A DNA stretch of 47,542 nt from NCBI GenBank assembly GCA_000708835.1, contig DF237597.1, positions 1-47,542 on the forward strand, given 5' to 3'. Both the position numbers and the translations under genes were made by a program. This DNA is from Klebsormidium nitens (taxonomy: Eukaryota; Plantae; Klebsormidiophyceae). The notes under the pieces were generated by a model that was given only the letters and a program-made list of their open reading frames with translations, ran no database searches and was not told where the DNA came from. Every line of letters begins with the position of its first letter. The first letter of the stretch is position 1. Of the stretch, positions 46,990 through 47,542 are shown one piece after another.

Positions 46990-46996
46990 TATATAA
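46990..46996 (+). promoter_or_regulatory. TATA box candidate for a + strand gene leaving the window
   Basis: TATATAA, followed about 50 nt later by a donor-like aaa|gtaagt. Confidence 0.3.
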
Positions 46997-47515
46997 GGCC
47001 AATGCGACTTCCAAATTTCTCATTCCGAGTCGGTCATAAGCTGAAAGTAAGTCCGACCGGCCCCGCGACGCCTGCGCCGGCCATTTGTAAGTACTCAGTG
47101 TACATGCCCGGCCATCAAGCAACCGGCATGACAGGCCGGGATTAAAATCATGTGGAGCCAGGCTAAGTCACCGGGTCAAGGGTTCTGTCCAACTTCCTGG
47201 AATCAGGTCTCCACAGGGAGGTTCATCATCGATCCAAGGCTGCTCCTAAATGACTCCACTGCATTCAAGTGTGCAATATGCAAGCAGTCTCTCTTGATTT
47301 CTAATAAAGGAGTTTGCCGGATCTCATTCAGAAAATCCCAGCAAGCAAATCTTAGCGGCTTTACTATTTCCACTAAGGTGAAAGGCAGTGGCAAAAATCA
47401 GCCTTTGTGCCTCGCTTGCGTAGAGCGCTGGGTGGGAAAGGTCTCGTTCACAAAGACCACCGTCGGCGTTTTGCCAGCTGGAGGTCTGGTTCGATCGCAC
47501 ACAATCCAACGACTC

Positions 47516-47542
47516 ATGGCGTCAGCGGAAGGTGTTGCTGGG
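47516..47542 (+). CDS. Possible start of a + strand gene (MASAEGVAG...)
   Basis: ATGG context downstream of the acceptor-like ttttgccag; only 9 codons are visible. Confidence 0.2.

Overview
Eukaryotic, intron-rich nuclear DNA. The gene content (plastid fibrillin, plant-type DUF627/DUF629 deubiquitinase) and intron style suggest a streptophyte green alga, Klebsormidium-like (inference). I spliced five genes by hand, with GT-AG junctions and consistent reading phase throughout. (1) Secreted GH43 beta-xylosidase/arabinofuranosidase-like enzyme: minus, 11 exons, 751 aa, with a heavily N-glycosylated N-terminal extension. (2) Small orphan single-TM protein: plus, 129 or 178 aa. (3) USP53/54-like DUF627-DUF629-UCH deubiquitinase: minus, 17 exons, about 1935 aa. 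(4) Two-domain fibrillin FBN10: plus, 10 exons, 431 aa. (5) An unrecognised 752-aa protein: minus, 8 exons, with 23 KYEHAFSY(Q/V)GGQ repeats, a polybasic N-terminus and a C-terminal KKKASCGCFG. Also present: a TA-flanked 236-bp MITE in a divergent promoter, a Helitron-like dispersed repeat, and many decayed copies of exon-intron junctions inside introns, including a fossil 62-nt intron nested in a modern 480-nt intron. The most novel candidates are the repeat protein and the junction-duplication pattern. Most long ORFs in the supplied track are antisense shadows of real exons. No rRNA, tRNA or CRISPR array is supported. All alignments and counts were done by eye.
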